Shown here: positions 7,960 to 15,888 of the stretch, piece by piece | Layout: every line of letters begins with the position of its first letter | Numbering within the stretch: the stretch's first letter is position 1 | IMG/VR virus record: IMGVR_UViG_3300020045_004669 | Span: 1-44,032 of that record | Strand: one strand, 5' to 3' | DNA length: 44,032 bases | DNA from: a virus | Taxonomy: Duplodnaviria; Caudoviricetes | Notes under the pieces: model-generated | Told to the model about the DNA's origin: nothing | The model's database searches: none | Seen by the model: the letters and a program-made list of their open reading frames with translations, nothing else | Program-made: the position numbers and the translations under genes

Positions 7960-8237
7960 CACAACAAGAAATTGAAGAAGAAAAAGCAGTAAGAATCTGC
8001 TATGATAACTTGGATAAATTCACAGATATTTATCCAACAGATAAAAATGCAGACGGAACATATTGGGAAAACAAAATTCCCGAAAATGTAAAGTTGACCG
8101 TATTTTGTCAAGGTTCAAACGACGAAGGCTTTCTTATAAATGTTACTTCGGACGAACTTGGATTAGAAGCATTAATCGCTCAAAAATGGATTATCCATTC
8201 AGAACTCGAAACGCTCTCTGGTTGCTCTTTGCAATGA
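7956..8237 (+). CDS. Hypothetical protein in cassette 2
   Basis: 93-aa ORF ending immediately before GACTAAC. Confidence 0.7.
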   Translation: MTQQEIEEEKAVRICYDNLDKFTDIYPTDKNADGTYWENKIPENVKLTVFCQGSNDEGFLINVTSDELGLEALIAQKWIIHSELETLSGCSLQ

Positions 8238-8474
8238 CGACTAACGACCTAATATGCACATAAAAAGTATTTCAAATCTATTAAAACACCAATGGTTCAG
8301 CACTCTATAAAAATATCAATTGATTGCAAAACTGCAATCAATTTCTTGAAAACAAAGCATATAAGTGCGGATAAGTATTTTAGATTGGGTGGGGAATCGT
8401 TGGTGATTGAAATTGCAAAAAAAAATATTTACATTGAAGAAAGTTAGATTACCATTTTAAAATAATAATACATA

Positions 8475-8912
8475 ATGACACCGCACCAAGAATCAAAAAT
8501 GAATGCAAAATTAGCTCCAATTGTAAATATGGTTTATTCAATATCTATGATTATCGAGGGGATGGCGTTAGATTTGAACGAAAAAGAAATATATGATAAT
8601 GCAGTACTACTAAGGAATAAAGTAGGTGAAATCGGATTAAATACATCGACTAGCTTTGGCGATTGGACTGATTATGTAGAAGAAAATATAGTGATATTTG
8701 GTTATAAATCCGAATTGCTGCCTATTCTATGCTATAAACTCTATCACTACGCTAAAAAAATGGAGGATGTTTACCGAATGTATGAGCCGAGGTTTGATTT
8801 TTACCAAATGAAAGAAGTTAAAGCGATTTTCGACAGTGTAAAAGATTTCAAATCTAACGGAGTTTTATTCAAAAAAGTAACAAATACGCTTGAATTAATG
8901 CGATTAAGTTAA
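8475..8912 (+). CDS. Hypothetical protein
   Basis: 145-aa ORF with an A-rich leader. Confidence 0.7.
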   Translation: MTPHQESKMNAKLAPIVNMVYSISMIIEGMALDLNEKEIYDNAVLLRNKVGEIGLNTSTSFGDWTDYVEENIVIFGYKSELLPILCYKLYHYAKKMEDVYRMYEPRFDFYQMKEVKAIFDSVKDFKSNGVLFKKVTNTLELMRLS

Positions 8913-8948
8913 ACTTTCATTGTTGATTGAAAATAACTTGCAATAAAC

Positions 8949-8979
8949 TTGGTTTGTGTTTACAATAACTATATCTTTG
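8949..8979 (+). promoter_or_regulatory. Bacteroidota consensus promoter
   Basis: TTG (8949-8951), 20 nt, TATCTTTG (8972-8979). Confidence 0.7.
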
Positions 8980-9015
8980 TATCATAATTAAAAACAACAA
9001 TTAAAACGTAGCATT

Positions 9016-9132
9016 ATGAAAGCAACAGAAAAAATTTTTGGTCAAACAGTAAAAGTAGGAACTAAATTACATGCAAAATTAGTTCAACAAAGAAAACAAT
9101 TTAATGACCTTTTAAAGCATGAAACAAACTAA
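9016..9132 (+). CDS. 38-aa hypothetical protein
   Basis: First ATG after the promoter; TAATG coupling to the next ORF. Confidence 0.55.
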   Translation: MKATEKIFGQTVKVGTKLHAKLVQQRKQFNDLLKHETN

Positions 9133-9254
9133 TGCAGTACTATTCAAAATGGCGTAAACAATGGATTGATTTTACGCCAACAGAAGGGAAATTAATTCAA
9201 CTTAAAAAATATCATTATGCAATCAGAAATAATTTAGCCAATGAAAAACACTAA
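9132..9254 (+). CDS. 40-aa hypothetical protein
   Basis: MQYYSKWRKQWIDF...; coupled start. Confidence 0.5.
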   Translation: MQYYSKWRKQWIDFTPTEGKLIQLKKYHYAIRNNLANEKH

Positions 9255-9408
9255 CAACCACGGAGGGGTTAGAATCCCCTCGCTCGGTAAAACTTTAGGC
9301 AGACCAAAAAAAGAGCCTACAACAGTCGTATCATTTCGCGTTCATCTTGAACACGAAGAACCAATCAAGAAATTTGTAAAAGAATATTTAGATCATTTTA
9401 AAAAATAG
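9241..9408 (+). CDS. 55-aa putative DNA-binding protein (GRPK motif plus ribbon-helix-helix-like strand)
   Basis: HGGVR...GRPKKEPTTVVSFRV. Confidence 0.6.
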   Translation: MKNTNNHGGVRIPSLGKTLGRPKKEPTTVVSFRVHLEHEEPIKKFVKEYLDHFKK

Positions 9409-9412
9409 AATT

Positions 9413-9562
9413 ATGGATTATTTAAAAGTAACCACAGATAATCTATTTAAAGCAATTGAATTTCAGAAAAATGGATATATAACTCCAAAGGCAGTGATTG
9501 AAAAGCTAACTAAATACGATTATTTATATGTTAATCCACCGTACAATGGCCAAACAAGATAA
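9413..9562 (+). CDS. 49-aa ORF containing an NPPY motif
   Basis: ...YITPKAVIEKLTKYDYLYVNPPYNGQTR. Confidence 0.5.
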   Translation: MDYLKVTTDNLFKAIEFQKNGYITPKAVIEKLTKYDYLYVNPPYNGQTR

Positions 9563-10264
9563 ACGCTTAGGGCTTACTAAGGCACTAGAAAAGCTAACCG
9601 GGAAACAGAATATAAATCAAGTGTTTGATGACTTCTTAAAGATGACCGTATGCGCTTATTCCCTCGGAAAAATGGAGCCTGAATACGAGCAAATCATTAA
9701 ACGGTACGATAAAGACGAACTCCCACCTTTCGGATCTGCACTTGGTGAGTTAATTTTGGAACACGAACGCACAAATACTCAATCTGCTTGGGTTGATGTT
9801 GTAGGTACAACTTTTGAAGAGGTCAATTCAGCTTCCGCGGCTTCGAGAATGGGTCAATTTTTTACACCAGTAGCATTATGCCGATTGATGGCACAAATCA
9901 CACAGGACGGCTTAAATGAAGGCAGCGTAAACGATCCAACGTGTGGAAGTAGTCGAAATTTAGTGGCCACGCACAACTAAACCCAAATAATAGGTTTAAC
10001 TTTTGGTATGTCGGTTCAGATTTAGACGAAAGATGTGTAAATATGTCAGTGATTAACTTTCTAATGTTTGGAATGAAAGGCGTAATTATTCACATGGACG
10101 CTTTAAGAATGGAAATTTTCAAAGGCTACCGTATTTATTTACCAGAAACAGGGCTTGGAGTTATTCAACTCACTAAACAAGAATGCCATAAGTATTTATT
10201 TGCAGAAAGTGAAAAAGAAAATGTGATAGTGATTAAACAACCAGTACAGCAAAGTTTATTCTAA
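9546..10264 (+). pseudogene. N6-adenine methyltransferase-like gene (HsdM-type SAM-binding half), frameshifted near 9970
   Basis: GQFFTP and DPTCGSSR in ORF 9528-9980; the -1 frame continues HAQLNPNNRFNFWYVGSDLDERCVNMSVIN into ORF 10043-10264. Confidence 0.75.
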
Positions 10265-10266
10265 AC

Positions 10267-10321
10267 ATGTTTTATAACATAAAAATATGATTTTATATAC
10301 CAACTAAACAGACTTACTTTG
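10267..10321 (+). promoter_or_regulatory. Promoter with upstream palindromic box A
   Basis: ATGTTTTATAACAT (10267-10280), 33 nt, TTACTTTG (10314-10321). Confidence 0.7.
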
Positions 10322-10347
10322 CATATTAATTTTAAAACAAAAAAATC

Positions 10348-10539
10348 ATGACTAAACAAGAGTTATTAGAAGAAAAAAACGATTTACTAATTTACAGCGT
10401 AAAGGTTGCAATTGGTAAACTTGAAAAGAAGAACGCTTACAACGAGCGAAAAGAATTGGTACCTGAAATTACGGAATACCGGAAAGAGAAGATTAAGAAG
10501 TTATCAATTTTATTAGAATGGCTGCAAAATGAAAACTAA
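10348..10539 (+). CDS. Hypothetical protein
   Basis: First ORF after the promoter. Confidence 0.65.
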   Translation: MTKQELLEEKNDLLIYSVKVAIGKLEKKNAYNERKELVPEITEYRKEKIKKLSILLEWLQNEN

Positions 10540-10882
10540 ACGGACACCTCAAATCGAAATCCCTGCTATTATTTTAGAAAAAAGAAAACGATATGCAGAA
10601 GAAAACAAAGAACTACTAAGAAAGCGAAGTTCAGAAAGTTACTCAAGAAAACGAAATCGGATTTCATCTGCATCAAGAAAACGGAAACGCATTTTATCAA
10701 TCACTTTGTACGATGGCGCAATGTATGCAAAATTTACCACTAAGCAAGCCCAAATTCGCTATAAATTACAAATTGAGTGTGATAGCCTATGGAGTAAGTT
10801 TTGCAGCTTAGAAAGTCTTATTTCAGTCGAAGCATTTAAAACAATCGAAAGGATTAATCAAATAGAATATTTAACGGTATAA
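10529..10882 (+). CDS. Basic hypothetical protein
   Basis: Arg/Lys-rich 117-aa ORF. Confidence 0.6.
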   Translation: MKTKRTPQIEIPAIILEKRKRYAEENKELLRKRSSESYSRKRNRISSASRKRKRILSITLYDGAMYAKFTTKQAQIRYKLQIECDSLWSKFCSLESLISVEAFKTIERINQIEYLTV

Positions 10883-10892
10883 AAATTGAATT

Positions 10893-11345
10893 ATGAATAA
10901 AATTGAATTTATGGCAATGAGTTTGCCGAGTGGATTAAAAATACAATGTCAATCATCTAACAAGTATAATCGTAACATCTTGAACTATTACGATTTGATT
11001 GGCATAAGCAGAAACGAATATACTTGTGAACTTAATTTAATATATCATTTTAATATAGATGCAGTTAAGCCAGTTCTTCACCCACCTTCCGACCTCACAA
11101 AAGAAATTGATCATGGTGGTGAAAGATTTATACCAATTGAAAGATTAGGGTGGTTGTATGATTTTGATTCAGATACAACTTGTCAAATTAGAATGTATAT
11201 AAATCAAGGTTGGACTTCAAATATTACAGAATTACCTTTTGATTTAGTTTCACAATTAATCGAATGGCATTTCGATATTGCCAATTTAATCGAAAAAGGA
11301 GAGGCGATAGATGCAAATACTTTAGAAGTAAATCCGTATAAGTAG
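10893..11345 (+). CDS. Hypothetical phage protein
   Basis: KPVLHPPSDLTKEI...LIEWHFDIANLIEKGEAID pattern recalled from Bacteroidota phage accessory genes. Confidence 0.65.
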   Translation: MNKIEFMAMSLPSGLKIQCQSSNKYNRNILNYYDLIGISRNEYTCELNLIYHFNIDAVKPVLHPPSDLTKEIDHGGERFIPIERLGWLYDFDSDTTCQIRMYINQGWTSNITELPFDLVSQLIEWHFDIANLIEKGEAIDANTLEVNPYK

Positions 11346-11350
11346 AAAAC

Positions 11351-11405
11351 ATGTTTTAGAACATAATTTTTCTATTGCACCAATAAATTAAACACGCTTA
11401 CTTTG
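11351..11405 (+). promoter_or_regulatory. Promoter with upstream palindromic box A
   Basis: ATGTTTTAGAACAT (11351-11364), 33 nt, TTACTTTG (11398-11405). Confidence 0.7.
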
Positions 11406-11436
11406 CAATTATAAATTAAACAATTAAAACAACATT

Positions 11437-11871
11437 ATGCAAAACTGGTTTTTAGTAAAAGTCAAGTACGAAAAGACAGCCGAAGAAGGCAAAATCGTAA
11501 AAATTAATGAGCAGTATTTATTCGATGCTCTATCGTTCACAGAAGCCGAAAAGCGGGTAGCTGAAGAATTACAACCTTTCATTTCTGGCGAGTTTATCAC
11601 AACGGCTATTTCAAGGGCACGTATAAATGAATTATTCACTAACGAAAATGGTGATAAGTGGTATAAAAGTAAAGTGTATTTTATTTCGCTTGACGAAGAA
11701 AAAGGCATTGAAAAACGAACTGCCACTACAATGATGGTACAAGCCAACAACGTAAAAGAAGCATGGGACGGACTTCAAGAAGGTATGAAACATACAATGG
11801 CAGATTATGAAATTGCATCCATTGTTGAAACGCAGATTTTAGATGTTTATCCATTTATCAAAAAAGACTGA
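11437..11871 (+). CDS. DUF4494-like protein
   Basis: WFLVKVKYEK...YLFDALSFTEAEKR...KWYKSKV...ETQILDVY. Confidence 0.85.
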   Translation: MQNWFLVKVKYEKTAEEGKIVKINEQYLFDALSFTEAEKRVAEELQPFISGEFITTAISRARINELFTNENGDKWYKSKVYFISLDEEKGIEKRTATTMMVQANNVKEAWDGLQEGMKHTMADYEIASIVETQILDVYPFIKKD

Positions 11872-11954
11872 AACTGAAAGCGGAAAATAAAACCCGCACC
11901 CTCAAGTACCTGGTACGGATTGGGGGAACTAACTAATTTTTAAATAATTAATTT

Positions 11955-12401
11955 ATGAAAGTAAAAATAACAGGTGGATATAAAGAGGTTGAAAGTCTCT
12001 ATCAATTTAAAGTAAAGGATGATTTGTTTTTTGTGCATGAAGTACTTGAGTTTGCGAGTCATCAAAAGCAAAAATACTCAGCTAGCCATTTATTAACCGG
12101 TGTACAAATTCCTGAAACTACCTTCATTAAAATTGAAAGCGTAAAAAGTAAAGTAATCCGTATATTCAGAAAAACTCCTTTCAATTCATTAGGCCATAAG
12201 ATTGTCAATTCTGACTCTCCGATAAGATTAGACCCGTATGTTTTCAAAAAATATGGAGATAACCGAAATGAGAAAATGGAAGCGTTTCGGAAAAAATTAA
12301 AGAAATTGGAATATGAATATGAAGATTTAGAGGATCACATTTGCGATAAAGCGATGAAAATATATAGTGAAATTAATAACCTTAGATGTATTTTAAGATG
12401 A
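11955..12401 (+). CDS. Hypothetical protein
   Basis: 148-aa ORF. Confidence 0.65.
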   Translation: MKVKITGGYKEVESLYQFKVKDDLFFVHEVLEFASHQKQKYSASHLLTGVQIPETTFIKIESVKSKVIRIFRKTPFNSLGHKIVNSDSPIRLDPYVFKKYGDNRNEKMEAFRKKLKKLEYEYEDLEDHICDKAMKIYSEINNLRCILR

Positions 12402-12679
12402 AAACAATTGAAGAAGCAACGCAAGATTTTGCAGACTCAAAAGAATATGCAGAATTTTATTCACTTAATAGATTTGATAGTATTTTCAATGCTGGAGCAA
12501 AATTTGCTCAAAAATGGATTCCATTTACCGAAGAAAAACCGCCTTTAGAAAGAGTATTATTAAAGACTGAAAGCGGATATGTAGAAGCAAGAACAATAAA
12601 AAAATTCATGCTAAGAGATTTAAAAATATATTTAGGAAGTAAACTTGCTACTCACTGGCGCAAAATAGAAATATCATGA
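12398..12679 (+). CDS. DUF551-like phage protein
   Basis: MKTIEEA...WIPFTEEKPP...THWRKI; ATGA overlap favours the 12398 start. Confidence 0.6.
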   Translation: MKTIEEATQDFADSKEYAEFYSLNRFDSIFNAGAKFAQKWIPFTEEKPPLERVLLKTESGYVEARTIKKFMLRDLKIYLGSKLATHWRKIEIS

Positions 12680-12939
12680 CACGAGAAGAGATTGAAAAAG
12701 CATCAAAAAAATATGCGAATAATTACGGAAATCAATCATGTAAATCAATGAAAGACCAATTATACGATGATGGGCGTGAAATTGGGTTTATTGATGGGTT
12801 TATATGTGCTATTCGTATTAATTTAGAAAATAAACGCCAGGCATATATTGACCGCATAGGTTACGAGCCCGAAAGCAAACATTTAGATAATTGGAATTTA
12901 CAAATTGATTTACTTAATAAAAAAATTGATGAATTATGA
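12676..12939 (+). CDS. Hypothetical protein
   Basis: ATGA-coupled ORF. Confidence 0.65.
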   Translation: MTREEIEKASKKYANNYGNQSCKSMKDQLYDDGREIGFIDGFICAIRINLENKRQAYIDRIGYEPESKHLDNWNLQIDLLNKKIDEL

Positions 12940-13175
12940 AAGGATTAAGATTAGATAGCGAAGAAAAACTATCAGTGTGGACGATTGGGTCTAAAAAAGA
13001 AAATATTGAAATAAAAGAAGGCGCTCTATTTAGCTTCACAGACATTGTAACAATGAAGAAGCAATTTGGAAATGCTTTACTGTATTGTGGATATTGGTAT
13101 TTAACAGATAAGAAAACAAATAAATCATGGTTATTAAATAGTCAATTATTGGATTTAAAACAAGAGGAATTATGA
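12936..13175 (+). CDS. Hypothetical protein
   Basis: ATGA-coupled ORF. Confidence 0.65.
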   Translation: MKGLRLDSEEKLSVWTIGSKKENIEIKEGALFSFTDIVTMKKQFGNALLYCGYWYLTDKKTNKSWLLNSQLLDLKQEEL

Positions 13176-13999
13176 AAACAATTAAATTAACTGATAAAAA
13201 AGGTTTAACAAATACCTTTGAATTTGACGAAATGCCATCTATCACAATCGATGGGGAAGTGGTGGTTTTTGAAAGTAAAAAAGTGGAATTTAAGAATGGG
13301 GATGTAATTTTTGTGTCCGACCATGATAATAGAAGTGAAGCTGTTTTTATATTGAAAGTCTATAATCAATATGAAGCAAACGGTATTTGTTATTTTTGCA
13401 AAATAAACATTCGTCAAGAGTTAAACTATAACGATAATATCTCATCAAATTGGAAGGAAAAACGCCACGCAACCCAATCCGAAGCCAAACGGATATTCGA
13501 TGCACTTGCAAAGGACGGCAAACAATGGAATGCTGAAAAGGAATGCATTGATGATTTGAAAGTTGAGCCGAAAGGTGGGGATTTGGTGAAAATAACATTA
13601 AACTCTAGTAAAAGTGTTTTATCTAGAATTGACACTAGTGATAGAATAGAATTAAGCTATATTTCCAGAATATATGATGGAGTAAATTATAATTCAATAG
13701 GGCATTGCAGACTTACTGATATTTTATCAATCGAAATCCTCACCCCCGACCAATTTCAATCCGAAGTTAACTACTTAGGTTTTGAATATGACTTTGAAAA
13801 TGATAGTTATTCAGTTTTGAAATGGAAGCCGAAAGATAATGATCTCTATTACTATTTTAATACAACATTAGATGTTTGCAATATACATTATTTAATAATA
13901 TCATCAATTGATTTTTTAAGATTTGAAAATGGTAACTGTTTCAGAACAGAAACCGAATGCCAAGAAAAAATCGAACAAATTAAAGCGATACTAAAATGA
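13172..13999 (+). CDS. Multi-domain hypothetical phage protein
   Basis: 275-aa ORF with WKPK...YYY...GNCFRT C-terminal module. Confidence 0.7.
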   Translation: MKTIKLTDKKGLTNTFEFDEMPSITIDGEVVVFESKKVEFKNGDVIFVSDHDNRSEAVFILKVYNQYEANGICYFCKINIRQELNYNDNISSNWKEKRHATQSEAKRIFDALAKDGKQWNAEKECIDDLKVEPKGGDLVKITLNSSKSVLSRIDTSDRIELSYISRIYDGVNYNSIGHCRLTDILSIEILTPDQFQSEVNYLGFEYDFENDSYSVLKWKPKDNDLYYYFNTTLDVCNIHYLIISSIDFLRFENGNCFRTETECQEKIEQIKAILK

Positions 14000-14106
14000 A
14001 CGAGCAAGGCCAAAGCCCCGACAAGAAATGGAATGATTTTAAAATTCAAGTCATTTACACGGCAATAGCTGCAATTATTTATTTGATTTATAATTTAGTA
14101 AAATAA
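13996..14106 (+). CDS. 36-aa single-TM protein
   Basis: ATGA overlap; hydrophobic C-terminal half; ends just before the terminator. Confidence 0.45.
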   Translation: MNEQGQSPDKKWNDFKIQVIYTAIAAIIYLIYNLVK

Positions 14107-14111
14107 CCAAC

Positions 14112-14141
14112 AAAAAAAGGCTGTCATCACGACAGCCTTTT
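14112..14141. terminator. Bidirectional intrinsic terminator between converging arms
   Basis: AAAAAAAGGCTGTC-ATCAC-GACAGCCTTTT. Confidence 0.85.
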
Positions 14142-14675
14142 CCACATAAAAAAACCAAAACCAAACAAAGCTAATCCTAAAATTATAAAGTCAAAATAAC
14201 TAAACCATCGATATTTTAGAACTTGATCGCCTTTTATTTTTTTCGTTATTATTAAAGTTTCTACTATATTGATTTTAATGTATTTGTAAATTTTTATTTT
14301 CACCTCTTTAATTTTCGACGGAATGACTGTAAAGTTTTCAATTGAATGATTTAATAATCCTGTTGAATCAATCCAGGCATTTGAAAAACTAAAATCAGTT
14401 GAAAGTTTAGATTTTTGATTTGTTTTTACCTCTTGTTTTTGTGGTAGCCATTTGATGACTGTATCTTTTACTGTTATAGTCGTCGTACTGTCGTTTCGTT
14501 CGATTGTACTGTAGTTATTTACTAATTGCTTAGCCTTACACCCACTCAAAAAAATAATGGCTATAACAAGCCAAAATAGAAGTAATATAGTTATTTTCTT
14601 TTTCATTTTGTATGTGTTCATTTCTTTTTCAACTTGTTTATATTCATTGCTGTTAATTAATTCTTCATGTGTCAT
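14127..14675 (-). CDS. Unimolecular spanin-like lipoprotein
   Basis: Signal peptide with lipobox FLSGC, beta-rich middle, C-terminal TM helix; follows the endolysin; true start probably the internal MKKKI. Confidence 0.7.
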   Translation of the reverse strand: MTHEELINSNEYKQVEKEMNTYKMKKKITILLLFWLVIAIIFLSGCKAKQLVNNYSTIERNDSTTTITVKDTVIKWLPQKQEVKTNQKSKLSTDFSFSNAWIDSTGLLNHSIENFTVIPSKIKEVKIKIYKYIKINIVETLIITKKIKGDQVLKYRWFSYFDFIILGLALFGFGFFMWKRLS

Positions 14676-14681
14676 GATAAT

Positions 14682-14736
14682 ATGTTTTATAACATGTTTT
14701 TATTGATTGTTTATTGAAAAATAGTATATATCTTTG
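14682..14736 (+). promoter_or_regulatory. Promoter with upstream box A driving the tRNA-like RNA
   Basis: ATGTTTTATAACAT (14682-14695), 33 nt, TATCTTTG (14729-14736); TTG at 14707-14709. Confidence 0.75.
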
Positions 14737-14747
14737 CAATTCAGAAT

Positions 14748-14838
14748 ATGGAGTTAGCAAAGTTGGTTAAGTGCGACGTGAGGCATACTTGAAATAAGGT
14801 TGCTACGGGTGACAATGGTTCGAATCCATTACTTCATA
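14748..14838 (+). ncRNA. tRNA-like RNA with a non-canonical elongated anticodon arm
   Basis: 7-bp acceptor ATGGAGT/ACTTCAT, D-arm GCAA-AGTTGGTTAA-GTGC, T-arm AATGG-TTCGAAT-CCATT; no standard anticodon loop, no encoded CCA. Confidence 0.75.
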
Positions 14839-14840
14839 TT

Positions 14841-14873
14841 AAATCCTATTCATCATTTGGATAGGATTTTTTT
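14841..14873 (+). terminator. Intrinsic terminator of the tRNA-like RNA
   Basis: AAATCCTATTCA-TCATT-TGGATAGGATTT followed by a T run. Confidence 0.8.
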
Positions 14874-14897
14874 ATTAGCTTAATGTTTCGTCTAATT

Positions 14898-15371
14898 TCA
14901 TGATAATGCTTTTGTAGTATTAATTACCCTATTTAGCCAGCCCTTAAGAAATACCGTATTTCTGCCTGTTGCAATTTGTTTATAGTAATTGTTTCGAACT
15001 GAAATAAAGCCATTAGCCCAATTCCCAGCATTTGCAGTGTTGATTGTATCTTTTCCAATAACTCCATCAGCCGAAACAACTAATAGCCTTTGAAGTAGTT
15101 TTATTGACCTTGAATTTCCAGCATTTACAGCCATGTCGAAAACATGGAGTGCTAACAGTTCGTTATCAATTAAATCAATTTTACAAGGATCGTAATAGTC
15201 ACGTTTATATAGAAATTCGGCACGCTCTTTAGTTAGATTTCTAATGTCTTCTTTTGGATATGCTTTTTGCGAAATTCCATATTTTGTCAACCCGCCTTTG
15301 TCATTCACATTATCCGATAAAATACCCTCATTTCTGAAAATTATAGGTATAAATTTTTCAAATCTTGTCAT
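14898..15371 (-). CDS. Endolysin, glycoside hydrolase family 108 with peptidoglycan-binding C-terminus
   Basis: EGILSDNVNDKGGLTKYGIS, FDMAVNAG, DGVIGKDT, FLKGWLNRV. Confidence 0.92.
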   Translation of the reverse strand: MTRFEKFIPIIFRNEGILSDNVNDKGGLTKYGISQKAYPKEDIRNLTKERAEFLYKRDYYDPCKIDLIDNELLALHVFDMAVNAGNSRSIKLLQRLLVVSADGVIGKDTINTANAGNWANGFISVRNNYYKQIATGRNTVFLKGWLNRVINTTKALS

Positions 15372-15727
15372 AATCTTTTTTTTATCAGTGAATCAAAAGT
15401 ATTTAATATAGGGCATTTTTCACACTCGATTGTACATTCCACTTGCGAATTGAAAGCCCTTTTGTAAATGTTATTTTCTTTTTCAATTACTATTTTTTCA
15501 CTTTCAGAAAAGTTATAATCTCTTTTTAAGTCGTTTATCTGTTTTTGCATTGAAAGTTGATTGTCTTTCATTTCAGATATTATCTTACTTAAGTTTTCAA
15601 TCTCTCCTTTTTCGGCTTCATTATTTTTTATTCGTTTGTTGTACTTAAAAAATATAATGAAGAAAATAGGAGTTGAAAGGCCTCCGATTATTGCTAATAC
15701 TTTTAATGCTATTTCCAAAATTTCCAT
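15368..15727 (-). CDS. Putative holin (N-terminal TM plus coiled coil)
   Basis: Hydrophobic N-terminus; ATGA-coupled to the endolysin. Confidence 0.55.
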   Translation of the reverse strand: MEILEIALKVLAIIGGLSTPIFFIIFFKYNKRIKNNEAEKGEIENLSKIISEMKDNQLSMQKQINDLKRDYNFSESEKIVIEKENNIYKRAFNSQVECTIECEKCPILNTFDSLIKKRL

Positions 15728-15888
15728 GTTCGTCTTGTTGGTTTTTCTCTTATTTCAATTATTAATTGCATGCACTCTATCAGCTTATCATATTGTTCTG
15801 TTGTAAGGTTGTCACATTGTCCATTATTTATTGCATCAATTAAGGCTCTTAAAGCAGTTATTATTTTTTTTTTTAACGAACCCTCCAT
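15709..15888 (-). CDS. 59-aa soluble protein (not in ORF track)
   Basis: MEGSLKKKIITALRALIDAINNGQCDNLTTEQYDKL...WKFWK; fills the gap between two genes and overlaps both. Confidence 0.6.
   Translation of the reverse strand: MEGSLKKKIITALRALIDAINNGQCDNLTTEQYDKLIECMQLIIEIREKPTRRTWKFWK

Noticed and set aside
8292-8447. 51-aa ORF after the truncated attC-like site
   Set aside because: Open frame but no motif or coupling evidence; not enough support to list.
14748-14838. Ordinary tRNA-Ser/Leu/Phe
   Set aside because: No 5-bp stem with 7-nt anticodon loop can be formed after the D-arm and no class II variable stem is evident; reported as tRNA-like instead.
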